Shown: in pieces, positions 18,364 through 27,099 of the stretch
Layout: every line of letters begins with the position of its first letter
How positions within the stretch are numbered: the first letter of the stretch is position 1
NCBI GenBank assembly: GCA_016188775.1
Contig: JACPHC010000002.1
Span: forward strand, 1 to 60,124
Direction of reading: 5' to 3'
DNA from: Parcubacteria group bacterium
GTDB taxonomy: Bacteria > Patescibacteriota > Minisyncoccia > JACPHC01
DNA length: 60,124 bases
Made by a program: the position numbers and the translations under genes
The notes under the pieces: generated by a model
The model's input: the letters and a program-made list of their open reading frames with translations, nothing else
What the model was told of the DNA's origin: nothing
The model's database searches: none

Positions 18364-20508
18364 TTATATATTGCCATTGCAAGTAATAGATGAAATGTAT
18401 GTAGCAGCGGTTATAGATGACCAAACGAAAGGACTTCTTAGTAAATCAGCTAATGTGGTTGAAGCGATAGTGCCGCCGGAATACCCGCTAAATGAACTGC
18501 CACCCAAGGAAAGGCAAATCATATTGCGTTCAGAACTATCAAGAACATCATTGTAAACTAATAGATCTGTGATCATCACACCATCCGAATTTCTTACATA
18601 ATTTACTCTCGGATTGACGCACGTAAAAGTAGATGATATAGGTGAAAATGTTAATGGGCCAGAACAACGAATAAAGCCATTAGAAGAAGAAAACGCGTTC
18701 GCTGAATAAGAATTTAAAGCAAAAACAGAATACAAGTTTGATATACTATTCGGATCAACATAATAACCGGGATTTTCTCTATCATACATAGCACTAACCC
18801 TTATGAACCCTGCTACATCTAATCTATATCCTCCCGGCGTCGTCCCGATGCCGACGTCGCCTGCTTCTGTAATCCTCATACGTTCCGTGAGTAAAGCCGC
18901 GTTATTGCTTGTATAAAAACGAAGTTGCCCCTCATCTACGTCTAGACCACCAATAGCTGATTCTATCTCCGCGTTAACTCTTCCTGTTCCATTTCTATTA
19001 TAAAATTGTATTTTACCGATAGGCGCTAAGCCGCTTGTCTGAATTGAACTTAAACGAAGAATAGGATTTCCCGTTCCAACGCTAATATCTAACTTAGTCC
19101 CCGTCCCCGGCGTTGTCGTCCCGATGCCGACGTTGCCGGAAGTATTCCAAATACCCGAACCCGGAAAGTTCGCGCCGCCGTTAAAAGTCTGTGTCCCACT
19201 CCAAGTAAGCGCGGTAGCCGTATCTATAGATACGGTTCCTGTGGTGGTTATTGGATTAGGACTTAGGTTTATGCCCGCGCCTGAAGATATTGAGGTTACA
19301 GTACCGCTACCGCCACCGCTACCGCTAATAAGCACCCAATGAGGATTTGCGCCAACACTGCTATCAGCATCACAGGCAAATAATTCCGCGTTTACAGATC
19401 CGTTGTACCATAAATCCAATCTTCCTAATGTTGCCAATGTGCAATCTGCCGCGGGAGGAGTAGCCAAAAGACGGTTTGATAATGGAATTTGTAAATACCC
19501 GAAAACCTGCAAAGCGCTTTGAGGCGTTGTCGTCCCGATGCCGACGTTGCCGCTTGCATTTACTCTGAGTCTTTCTTGTGCATTGGTTATAATCCCAAGC
19601 ACTCCATCGCTAATCCAGTTCAATCCTGTATCTGTATCACCAATAGCTAATTTAATAGTTGGCGCCGTGGTCCCGATGCCGACGTTGCCGGAAGAATCTA
19701 TAGTTAAGTCCGCCGCGGTCCCCCTGAATATCATAAACTTCGTCGTATCATCGTTGGCGGAAAACGTCCAACTAGAACCAACGCCTGCAGGATCTAAAGT
19801 AATCTCTGCCTGACCAAGATCTGCCCCCGCAGTATTGGTAACAATAAGACCAGCTGAAGATCCGGGGACGCCCGACACGTTTCCACTAATATGAAGCAGT
19901 GTGCTAGGCGCCGTGGTCCCGATGCCGACGTTGCCCGCATTATTGATATACATCCTTGTGTTGATCGCGGGGTTGCTATTCGTCTGGAAAGCGAGCGAGT
20001 CCAAAACCCCACCCCTGATTATCCCCATTCCAGCGCCATCTGGGCCTGCGGTTCCATCGCTACCGATATAGACATCGCTCACTGCTGGCGTATCTGATCG
20101 CACTCGAAAGAAAACTGCGCCTCCCGCCGTGTCGTGAAGTTGTAGCTTTTCAGCCGGCGTTGTCGTCCCGATGCCGACGTTGCCGGAAGAATTAATGGTT
20201 AATCTATCAAAGCCAGATTGATTAATCACTAAAGCGGAGTCTGTTCCAATTCGAAAATTAACCGGGTTAACAGCCCCGGAGCGAGAAAGAGTTAAAATTG
20301 TATCAACTGAAGTTGGTCCCAGAGTTAAAGAACCGGCTTTAGTTTGAGAAACTGAAGAAATGTTCAAAGGAGCGGCCACATTGCCCCCGGGAGGAGAAGC
20401 GGTTGGTTCGGTAAAGCCAAAGACATAGTTTAAACCAAAAGAAAAAAGAAGAGCGAGAAAAGCGGTTCCACCAACTACAACAATTAGATTTTGAAATTTT
20501 TTTAGCAT
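18364..20508 (-). CDS. Secreted/surface protein with repeated (S)GNVGIGTT(T/A)P motifs (tail-fibre/Chlorovirus-glycoprotein-repeat-like)
   Basis: 714 aa. N-terminal TM/signal segment followed by FGFTEPTASPPGGN. At least 7 GNVGIGTT motifs. Gly/Thr/Ser/Asn-rich. Confidence 0.7.
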   Translation of the reverse strand: MLKKFQNLIVVVGGTAFLALLFSFGLNYVFGFTEPTASPPGGNVAAPLNISSVSQTKAGSLTLGPTSVDTILTLSRSGAVNPVNFRIGTDSALVINQSGFDRLTINSSGNVGIGTTTPAEKLQLHDTAGGAVFFRVRSDTPAVSDVYIGSDGTAGPDGAGMGIIRGGVLDSLAFQTNSNPAINTRMYINNAGNVGIGTTAPSTLLHISGNVSGVPGSSAGLIVTNTAGADLGQAEITLDPAGVGSSWTFSANDDTTKFMIFRGTAADLTIDSSGNVGIGTTAPTIKLAIGDTDTGLNWISDGVLGIITNAQERLRVNASGNVGIGTTTPQSALQVFGYLQIPLSNRLLATPPAADCTLATLGRLDLWYNGSVNAELFACDADSSVGANPHWVLISGSGGGSGTVTSISSGAGINLSPNPITTTGTVSIDTATALTWSGTQTFNGGANFPGSGIWNTSGNVGIGTTTPGTGTKLDISVGTGNPILRLSSIQTSGLAPIGKIQFYNRNGTGRVNAEIESAIGGLDVDEGQLRFYTSNNAALLTERMRITEAGDVGIGTTPGGYRLDVAGFIRVSAMYDRENPGYYVDPNSISNLYSVFALNSYSANAFSSSNGFIRCSGPLTFSPISSTFTCVNPRVNYVRNSDGVMITDLLVYNDVLDSSERNMICLSLGGSSFSGYSGGTIASTTLADLLRSPFVWSSITAATYISSITCNGNI

Positions 20509-20511
20509 AGT

Positions 20512-20709
20512 TTATTTTATTGCTAATAATTCTCTAATATCTTTTATCTCGTTTTCTAATTTCTCGATTCTCCTTCAATGGTCTTCTAATAATAATTTTT
20601 CAATTTTTTCAAGCCTATTTTCGACTCGATCAAAACGGTTATCCATATGATCAAAGCTTCGTTTAATCATTCCGGCTAGATTTTCGATTGTCATCTTAAT
20701 TTTTACCAT
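20512..20709 (-). other. Small coiled-coil ORF with an in-frame TGA (44 codons + TGA + 20 codons)
   Basis: MVKIKMTIENLAGMIKRSFDHMDNRFDRVENRLEKIEKLLLEDH-[TGA 20575-20577]-RRIEKLENEIKDIRELLAIK*. The final TAA is 3 nt before the ATG of the 714-aa gene. Confidence 0.4.
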
Positions 20710-20778
20710 TTAAAATAGAATAATTTTAAATCATTATACCACTTGGGAAAAATTTTTAGCAAGTCAAGTTATCCACAA

Positions 20779-20967
20779 TCATTTTATCTTTTCCAAAAAA
20801 CCGTTAATTTTCTCCGTATCCAAAACTGGAATTTCTTCCTCGCGAAAAGCGATTTGATTGGCTTTTAAAATAAAATTAAAAATTAAAAATAAAGTCGCGA
20901 TTAAAATAACGGATAAAATAATTGATAAAACAATAATGTTTCTTTTCCAAATATTTTTTTTAAGCAT
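20779..20967 (-). CDS. Small single-pass membrane protein
   Basis: 62 aa with one hydrophobic helix, located in the pilus-like operon. Confidence 0.4.
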   Translation of the reverse strand: MLKKNIWKRNIIVLSIILSVILIATLFLIFNFILKANQIAFREEEIPVLDTEKINGFLEKIK

Positions 20968-20979
20968 AAAATTATTTGA

Positions 20980-21507
20980 TCATAAACTTATATAAACCGC
21001 GATTTCAAGCTCCAACCGCTCCCGGCCGTCTTCAAGAAAATTGTAAGCCACTTTTTGAATATTGATCAGCTTGGGAAGCTTTTCTAGTTTTACCAAAAAA
21101 TTTTTCATATCTTCGGGACGTCCGTGGAGAATCAGTCTTAAAATTAAAAATTGAGTTTCCCTTGTCTCGCCGTTAGACGGACCGTCATAAACTTTCTCGT
21201 CAAGCTGGGAATTTACTTCCAGTTTTTCGTTCTCGGCTATTTTTTCAAAAAAAGCGATAAAGCCGGATATTTGATCTTTTGGAGTAATTAAATTTAAAAT
21301 CAGCTCGTTATTGATCCGAGAATAATCTTTTTCCAATTTTTCAATTTTTTTTCCCCGGTCTTCAACGATAAAGATTTTCGCCAAAACTTCCCGATTAAGA
21401 CCGGAAAAACTTAATAAACCGAAAAATCCGACGCCAAAAACAAAAACAGCCAAAACAACGAGCGAAGCGATTGGAATAATTCTTTTAAAAGGCATATTTA
21501 TTATCAT
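20980..21507 (-). CDS. PilO-like pilus assembly membrane protein
   Basis: 175 aa. N-terminal TM, then coiled-coil, then an alpha/beta C-terminal domain. It lies downstream of the PilM/N-like gene. Confidence 0.4.
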   Translation of the reverse strand: MIINMPFKRIIPIASLVVLAVFVFGVGFFGLLSFSGLNREVLAKIFIVEDRGKKIEKLEKDYSRINNELILNLITPKDQISGFIAFFEKIAENEKLEVNSQLDEKVYDGPSNGETRETQFLILRLILHGRPEDMKNFLVKLEKLPKLINIQKVAYNFLEDGRERLELEIAVYISL

Positions 21508-21509
21508 TG

Positions 21510-21603
21510 AAAAATGTATTTTAAAAATTTTTAGGCACCCTCGGCGGATTATATAATTTAATTAAAGCGCCTCGACCTCAAAAATTTTTAAGGATACATT
21601 TTT
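21510..21603. repeat. 94-bp MITE-like palindromic element, copy A
   Basis: The core AGGCACCCTCGGCGGATTATATAATTTAATTAAAGCGCCTCGACC is shared with 23289-23382 (inverted) and 48582-48675. It has its own terminal inverted repeats. Confidence 0.85.
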
Positions 21604-23081
21604 TAAAAAATGAAGAATTTATCTTTTTTAATTTTTAAAATAATATCGAAATCAAAATCGGCTTTTTTATCAAAAAGCGATAAAGGAAAATCAACTTTTT
21701 CAATAAAAACAGATTTTTCTAGTTTATCAATAAATTGAGAAAAATCGGCTCTGGTTTTAGCGAAACCCGCCGCTTCCCCATCCCCTCTTTCAAAATCCAA
21801 TTTTAAAAAAGAAAGATTAACGCCCGACGGAACATAAGCTAAAAACTCGTCCTTAAAAGAAGCCAAAGGAATTCTTTTAGAAAGGAGAGACTCGGCTAAA
21901 GAAACAACCTGATTTAAATTTTGAACGTTTTGAATCAAGCTCTGTCTTTTTTCCAAAATCGTCTCGCTTTCCGCGCCTCTTAAAGCGTTTTTATGCTGAT
22001 TATAAAGAGAAAAAAGATAATAATTGGCAAAACTAAACGATAGAATCGAAATCAGAAAAAAAACGCGTAAAATAGTATTCAAAATAATTTTCCTTTTCCT
22101 CTTATCTTTATTGATAAGAAAATCGAGTTGATTCGGCGGCAAAAGATCGATAATTTCTCCGTAATTTTCAATCTCCGGAAGTCCTTTTTGAGATAGACCC
22201 AAAAGGTCGGCGAAAGGAGATTCTTTTTTATCAAGAAAAGTAAAAATCTCAAAATTCTTCTTAAATTTTTCCTCAAACCATTTTTTAATTTCCGTCCGGT
22301 CCTCTCCGTAAATATATATTTTTTTAATTTCTTTTTCCCCTTTGTTTTTTAAAAACTCGTTGAATTTCGGAATAATTTCACCGAAAATATAAGTTTCCAA
22401 TTCTTGGCCAACCGCATCATTCAAACTCGCTTCTGTTTTAACGTCTTGGTTGAAATATTTTGAAGAACTGAATAAAACTTCTCCACTTTTAGCTATCAAT
22501 GAAATCGCCAGTTCTTTTTCATAAAATAAAATAAAATGGGAATCGCTGATATTTTTAGTCAGTCTGGCTAAAGAAAAAGCGACTGGCTCAAAACCGACAA
22601 GCGGAAGTTTGGTTTTTGAAATCAGGCCGGAAAGAAGATCAATGACGCTTCGCCAGACCGCGACGACTTGAACTCGGCTAGCCTCCGGTTTTTCTTCCAA
22701 AATTTCAAAATCAGCGTAAACGTCTTCTTTTTTGACCGGAAATATTTTTTCCAAGTCCTCGGCAATAACGTTAGAAATTTCTTTTTTGAGTCCGGATAAG
22801 GCAATCTGCTTGCTGAAAACAAATTCATCGGGAAGCCCGATCATAATGGGAAGTTTTTCTTTTTTGGACAGCGACAAAATTTTATCAGCCCAAACCGTTT
22901 CCTCTTTTTTTATCAATTCTTCATCAAGCAATTCCAAAGAAATTTTTACGGGAGCGGAGGCAAATTTCGCGTTTCCGGCCTCGCTCATTTTTATCTTCGC
23001 GAATTTAAAAAAATGAGCGCCGAAGTTTAAAACAAAAAAATATTTATTGGTCATAAAACTTTTTGCGAAATAATTTTTCAA
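21603..23081 (-). CDS. PilM-like (actin-fold) protein fused to a PilN-like TM/coiled-coil region
   Basis: 492 aa. The N-terminal approx 300 aa are cytoplasmic, followed by a TM helix (ILRVFFLISILSFSFANYYLF) and a C-terminal periplasmic part. It lies next to pilin-like genes. Confidence 0.5.
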   Translation of the reverse strand: MKNYFAKSFMTNKYFFVLNFGAHFFKFAKIKMSEAGNAKFASAPVKISLELLDEELIKKEETVWADKILSLSKKEKLPIMIGLPDEFVFSKQIALSGLKKEISNVIAEDLEKIFPVKKEDVYADFEILEEKPEASRVQVVAVWRSVIDLLSGLISKTKLPLVGFEPVAFSLARLTKNISDSHFILFYEKELAISLIAKSGEVLFSSSKYFNQDVKTEASLNDAVGQELETYIFGEIIPKFNEFLKNKGEKEIKKIYIYGEDRTEIKKWFEEKFKKNFEIFTFLDKKESPFADLLGLSQKGLPEIENYGEIIDLLPPNQLDFLINKDKRKRKIILNTILRVFFLISILSFSFANYYLFSLYNQHKNALRGAESETILEKRQSLIQNVQNLNQVVSLAESLLSKRIPLASFKDEFLAYVPSGVNLSFLKLDFERGDGEAAGFAKTRADFSQFIDKLEKSVFIEKVDFPLSLFDKKADFDFDIILKIKKDKFFIF

Positions 23082-23149
23082 AAATAATCGCTTCGGAAAC
23101 GGATTTTTAAAATCTCCTTAGTCATGAGATCGTACGAAAATTCAATCAT

Positions 23150-23240
23150 TTGTCATTGCGAGAAGCGAAGCGACGAAGCAATCTCTAAAATCAGCCAAAA
23201 AATGAGATTGCTTCGGCGATTCCATCGCCTCGCAATGACG
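23150..23240. repeat. Palindromic repeat of the GTCATTGCGAG...GAAGCAATC family, copy 1
   Basis: Arms are GTCATTGCGAGAAGCGAAGCGACGAAGCAATCTC and GAGATTGCTTCGGCG...CCTCGCAATGAC. It is related to 25038-25112 and the half copy at 55349-55376. Confidence 0.8.
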
Positions 23241-23288
23241 ATTGTTTCGCAATATTTCAAAAATCCGTTTCCTTCGCTTATTTTGATT

Positions 23289-23382
23289 AAAGAAGTTATT
23301 CTAAAAATTTTTAAGGTCAAGGCGCTTTAATTAAATTATATAATCCGCCGAGGGTGCCTAAAAAATTTTAGAATAACTTCTT
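23289..23382. repeat. 94-bp MITE-like element, copy B (inverted orientation)
   Basis: Its reverse complement is near-identical to copy C at 48582-48675. Confidence 0.85.
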
Positions 23383-23415
23383 GCCATTATTCCGAAAAAT
23401 TATTTCGCAAAAAAT

Positions 23416-23793
23416 CTACTCGACTTCCTGATAGGAATTAATAATTAATTGTCCGTTAGCGTAACTGGCGTTAACGCTGACGTTTCTAAAAAATCCTCCG
23501 ATTTTTCCAACGCTTTTGATGACCCGATTCGGAAACGTTCCGGTAATCGTAATATCGCAATTGCCGTCTTCGACCGCCAAATTAGCGTCTCCGGCGTAAT
23601 TTTGGGGATCGCGCAAAACTCGTAAAATCGCGTTTTCCTCGCAAGCTTCGGACAAGGCGAATGTTCTTAAACCGCTGGACCGACGAGACTCAATCTGATT
23701 TTGAACAATACTGACAGTCACCGCTCCAACCAAAATAGTGGAAACAACAGTGACAATAATTAAAACTAAAACAAAAATCGTGCCTTGTTGCAT
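23416..23793 (-). CDS. Minor pilin/PilX-like protein
   Basis: 125 aa with N-terminal hydrophobic helix MQQGTIFVLVLIIVTVVSTIL. It sits directly downstream of the prepilin gene. Confidence 0.45.
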   Translation of the reverse strand: MQQGTIFVLVLIIVTVVSTILVGAVTVSIVQNQIESRRSSGLRTFALSEACEENAILRVLRDPQNYAGDANLAVEDGNCDITITGTFPNRVIKSVGKIGGFFRNVSVNASYANGQLIINSYQEVE

Positions 23794-23802
23794 ATGTATA
23801 AT

Positions 23803-24294
23803 TTAACGAAGACCAGCCGTGGTTTTTAAACTTAAACTGACTTTCTCCGGAAAAGCCGCGGCGATTGATTCCGTGTCTAAACTGATTTGAATCGTCGGCT
23901 GGCCACCGCTGTTGCCAAGCCTTTTGAAGTTGATACTGGATATTTTAACATCTGAAGACGACAAAGGCATAGTTTCGGAGGAAGAAACAACTTCTAATTG
24001 ATTACCGGTGATTTGATAAATGTATGAAAAGCCGTTGATGACTAAAACTAAATTGGAGGCGGCGGAATTCAAACTCGCCGGAGTGGTAATGCTGGCGGCT
24101 CGCCTGATATCAGTCGAAAGCCGCTGCGTAATAAATCGCGATTCTTCGTCAACCGCCTGCTTAGCTCCGCTTTTTAGATTAAATTCCGAGCCAAAAATTA
24201 AAATCTCAATAACAATAACGATAATTGAAGTCAAAAGACCGAGATAAACTATAAGCTCGACTAAAGTAAAACCATTTTGAAATCTTTTAGCCAT
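23803..24294 (-). CDS. Type IV pilin-like protein with prepilin N-terminal cleavage/methylation motif
   Basis: MAKRFQNGFTLVELIVYLGLL... carries the G/FTLVE motif. Confidence 0.75.
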   Translation of the reverse strand: MAKRFQNGFTLVELIVYLGLLTSIIVIVIEILIFGSEFNLKSGAKQAVDEESRFITQRLSTDIRRAASITTPASLNSAASNLVLVINGFSYIYQITGNQLEVVSSSETMPLSSSDVKISSINFKRLGNSGGQPTIQISLDTESIAAAFPEKVSLSLKTTAGLR

Positions 24295-24455
24295 ATAAAG
24301 AAAATTCTGATTTACAATTTAGATAAAATGAAAATAAAGATTTCAGCGAAATGAAATAAAATTAAGTTAATCAAAACGTTCACATTATTGCGCGATCGCG
24401 AGTTAGTGAAAACATTTTAAAAAATAAAAAAGATAAAAAATTAATAAATTAGAGT

Positions 24456-24836
24456 TTAATTTCCTTCAACTTTTCCAAAAACATTATTTTTAATTATCGT
24501 AATCACTTCAGCCAATGGCACGTTGGGCTTGACGATGTAGTCAACCGCGCCTAAATCTTTAGCCTTGGCGATATCCGTCGCCTGCGAGAGATTGGAAAAA
24601 ATAATGACGGGAATATTTTTTGTTTCCGGATCTTTTTTAATTTCAACCAAAACGTCAAATCCGTTTTTTTTGGGCAGCATCAAATTCAAAAGAACTAAAT
24701 TCGGCTTCATTTCTTTGACTCTTTGAAAAGCGAGATTGCCTTCGGTGTTAAAAGCGACTTCAATCCCCTCTTTGGCCAGAAGAACCGAATAAAGTTTCAA
24801 TAACGGCTGTTCGTCGTCAATAATTAAAATTTTCAT
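24456..24836 (-). CDS. Stand-alone CheY-like receiver protein with Asn at the phospho-acceptor position
   Basis: MKILIIDDEQ...NLVLLNLMLPKKNGF...IFSNLS...YIVKP. The codon at the acceptor site is AAT. Start taken at MKILII because the upstream part of the ORF lies inside a repeat element. Confidence 0.8.
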   Translation of the reverse strand: MKILIIDDEQPLLKLYSVLLAKEGIEVAFNTEGNLAFQRVKEMKPNLVLLNLMLPKKNGFDVLVEIKKDPETKNIPVIIFSNLSQATDIAKAKDLGAVDYIVKPNVPLAEVITIIKNNVFGKVEGN

Positions 24837-24847
24837 AATAACAATTA

Positions 24848-25008
24848 AAGCTCGAAAATACTGATTTTCAAAACACATTCGCTCGCTTCCAGCGGCTCGT
24901 TCATTCTATGTCCTCGGCGAAAAAATTTTTTGCTTGAATATTTTAGCAAAAAATACCAAGCTTTTTCGCCTGCGGTTGGTTTTGAAAATCAGTATTTTCG
25001 AGCTTTGT
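24848..25008. repeat. Approx 160-bp element with 28-bp perfect terminal inverted repeats
   Basis: AAAGCTCGAAAATACTGATTTTCAAAAC (24848-24875) is the exact reverse complement of 24981-25008. Confidence 0.85.
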
Positions 25009-25037
25009 ATAAATTCATATTATAAAAAAATGTTATA

Positions 25038-25112
25038 TTGTCATTGCGAGCGGAGCGAAGCAATCTCAATGGAATCAAGGGATTGCTTCGTCGCTTCGTT
25101 CCTCGCAATAAC
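25038..25112. repeat. Palindromic repeat of the GTCATTGCGAG...GAAGCAATC family, copy 2
   Basis: GTCATTGCGAGCGGAGCGAAGCAATCTC...GGGATTGCTTCGTCGCTTCGTTCCTCGCAATAAC. Confidence 0.8.
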
Positions 25113-25140
25113 GCCCCATTTATTTCGTTTGTATTAAATA

Positions 25141-26982
25141 TTACGTTTTACGAACAATCGGCAAACTGATATAAAACGCCGTTCCCTTGCCAACCGCGGA
25201 TTCAAACCAAATTTTCCCTCCCATCCGCTCAATAATCGTTTTAGTGGTGGCCAGTCCCAATCCAATGCCGGTCGGATACAAAAGACGGGCTTGCTTGGAC
25301 CGGTAAAATTTCTGAAAAACCCGGGAATGCTCGGACTCTGGAATTCCAACGCCGGAATCCTTGACTAAAACCGCGACAGATTCCGGTTTGACTTCGTATT
25401 TCACTTCAATATGGCCGCCGCCGGAAGTGTATTTAATCGCGTTATCCAAAATATTTTTAAAGGCGTGCGATAAAAGCTGAGGGTTAATAAAAACCTGCGG
25501 CAAAGGCTGATCCGTTTTTTTATAATCCAGCGAGATATTTTTGGCCTTGGCTAAAAAATTAAGCCGGGCGATATTGCCAGCCACGATAAAATCCAAATCC
25601 GTCGCCTTAGTTTCAAATTTTTCGTCAAGACGGAGAGAAGAAAGCAAAAGAAGATTATTGATCAAATCAATCGCGGCTTCGTTGGAGGAATTAATCTGGC
25701 TCATAAATTGCAGTTGTTCGTCCGTTAATTTTCCCAAAGCGCCGGAGAGAAACGATTCGGCGTAACTTTTAATGGTGGAAAGCGGGGTTCTCATCTCATG
25801 AGATGCGATGCCGATAAATTCATTCTTGGCCCGATCCATTTCCAGCTCTTTAGTGATGTCGCGAAGAACCAAAACAAAACCGAGAATGTTCTCGGACTCG
25901 TCCAAAATGGGAGCGATAAAATCCGCCACCGGAATTTCCGTCCCGTTTTTGCCTCGAAGCAAAAGCCCGCTGATTGAACAAGGCTCTTTTTTCTCCAGAA
26001 ATTCCTGAAAAAGATTGACTTCCTGCTTGGTCTCTTCGGAAATAAATTTCACGTATTGATTAGCCGACTTGCCGATAACTTCAATAGCTTTCCAGCCGCT
26101 TAATTTTTCCGCCATTTTATTAAAAACCGTTATCCGCAGATCCAAAGAAAGCGCGATTACTCCTTCTTCCATGCTTTTTAATATCGCCTCGTCTTGCTTG
26201 AGATTTTTTCTTAAAGTCCTGGTCGCCTCTTTCAGCGATTCGCGCATATTGTCAAAAGCCCGAGTCAAATTGCCGATTTCGTCGCGAGTATCCGAGCCGA
26301 TTTTATATTCCAAATTTCCTTCCTTGATAATATCGGCGGCTTCTTCCAAAAAATTAAGCGGCGAAACAACAAACCATTTGATAATGATAAAACTGACCCC
26401 CATAATCAAAAAACCGGAAAAAATAACGCCTAAAATTAAATTGGTAATGATTTCTTCGGCCGGAGCGGTTAAAATATCAGCCACGCTGATAACTTCCACT
26501 CCAGCCGCGTAATCCGACTCGGCCTCAAGCCGAAGCGGAATAAAAATATCGGCGAACCTTGAAAAAGGCACCAGGGTCGGATCTTTTAAATTCGGTTTTT
26601 TAAATTGGGCGATTCTTTCTCCTTGAAAAACCGAAACTAACTCCGATTTTTCCGGAAAAGAACGGCCGATTAAATTTTTATCGTCGGAAAAAATAATTTC
26701 ATTTTTCCGGTTCCAGATATTTATCCGCGCTACCGAGGCGTCTTTGAGACGATCGGCGAAATTCTCCAATTTTTTCTCCAAAATCGCCTGATCAATAGGT
26801 TCTTCAAAATCTTTCTTGGTTAAAAAAACGGCTGATTCTTTTAAAACATTGAAATTAAGCCTGACTTGTCTTTCCCTTAAAATGCTCGAGTCAATGCTTC
26901 TTTTCATAAAAACGCCGACTACGGTCAAAGAAAAAACAACGATCAAAATAATCGGCAAAATTATTTTATAAACTAATTTCAT
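25141..26982 (-). CDS. Sensor histidine kinase (TM-sensor-HAMP-PAS-HisKA-HATPase)
   Basis: 613 aa. H-box IASHEMRTPL, N-box ILDNAIKYT, G-boxes DSGVGI and GIGLGLA. Confidence 0.9.
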   Translation of the reverse strand: MKLVYKIILPIILIVVFSLTVVGVFMKRSIDSSILRERQVRLNFNVLKESAVFLTKKDFEEPIDQAILEKKLENFADRLKDASVARINIWNRKNEIIFSDDKNLIGRSFPEKSELVSVFQGERIAQFKKPNLKDPTLVPFSRFADIFIPLRLEAESDYAAGVEVISVADILTAPAEEIITNLILGVIFSGFLIMGVSFIIIKWFVVSPLNFLEEAADIIKEGNLEYKIGSDTRDEIGNLTRAFDNMRESLKEATRTLRKNLKQDEAILKSMEEGVIALSLDLRITVFNKMAEKLSGWKAIEVIGKSANQYVKFISEETKQEVNLFQEFLEKKEPCSISGLLLRGKNGTEIPVADFIAPILDESENILGFVLVLRDITKELEMDRAKNEFIGIASHEMRTPLSTIKSYAESFLSGALGKLTDEQLQFMSQINSSNEAAIDLINNLLLLSSLRLDEKFETKATDLDFIVAGNIARLNFLAKAKNISLDYKKTDQPLPQVFINPQLLSHAFKNILDNAIKYTSGGGHIEVKYEVKPESVAVLVKDSGVGIPESEHSRVFQKFYRSKQARLLYPTGIGLGLATTKTIIERMGGKIWFESAVGKGTAFYISLPIVRKT

Positions 26983-27099
26983 CCCGTACGAAGCAGATTA
27001 CGATCGGCAATCCGCTGAATAAGTGTTGATTTATAAAAACGACTTTTCATATTTATAGTGTTTATATCGCCTACAAAGCAAACGCAGCTTCGTACGGGA
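26982..27099. repeat. Hairpin element filling the whole intergenic gap
   Basis: The 13-nt arms TCCCGTACGAAGC (26982-26994) and GCTTCGTACGGGA (27087-27099) abut the HK start codon and the upstream stop codon. Confidence 0.7.

Noticed and set aside
18836-20190. Regularly recurring approx 28-nt repeats that superficially resemble a CRISPR array
   Set aside because: They lie inside a continuous 714-codon ORF and encode the GNVGIGTT peptide motif. Their spacing is irregular (about 240-430 nt), and there are no cas genes.
20575-20577. UGA reassigned as a sense codon (code 4 or 25) for this genome
   Set aside because: TGA ends several well-defined genes at sensible positions, including the ATGA stop/start overlaps at 7038-7041 and 7439-7442, murB (57047) and the terminase small subunit (10714-10716). 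The standard bacterial code fits the window.
20779-21507. Fusion of the 175-aa and 62-aa ORFs, which are in the same frame across a TGA at 20980-20982
   Set aside because: The upstream protein ends like a complete domain. The downstream ORF has its own Met and TM helix. Frame identity has a one-in-three chance expectation.
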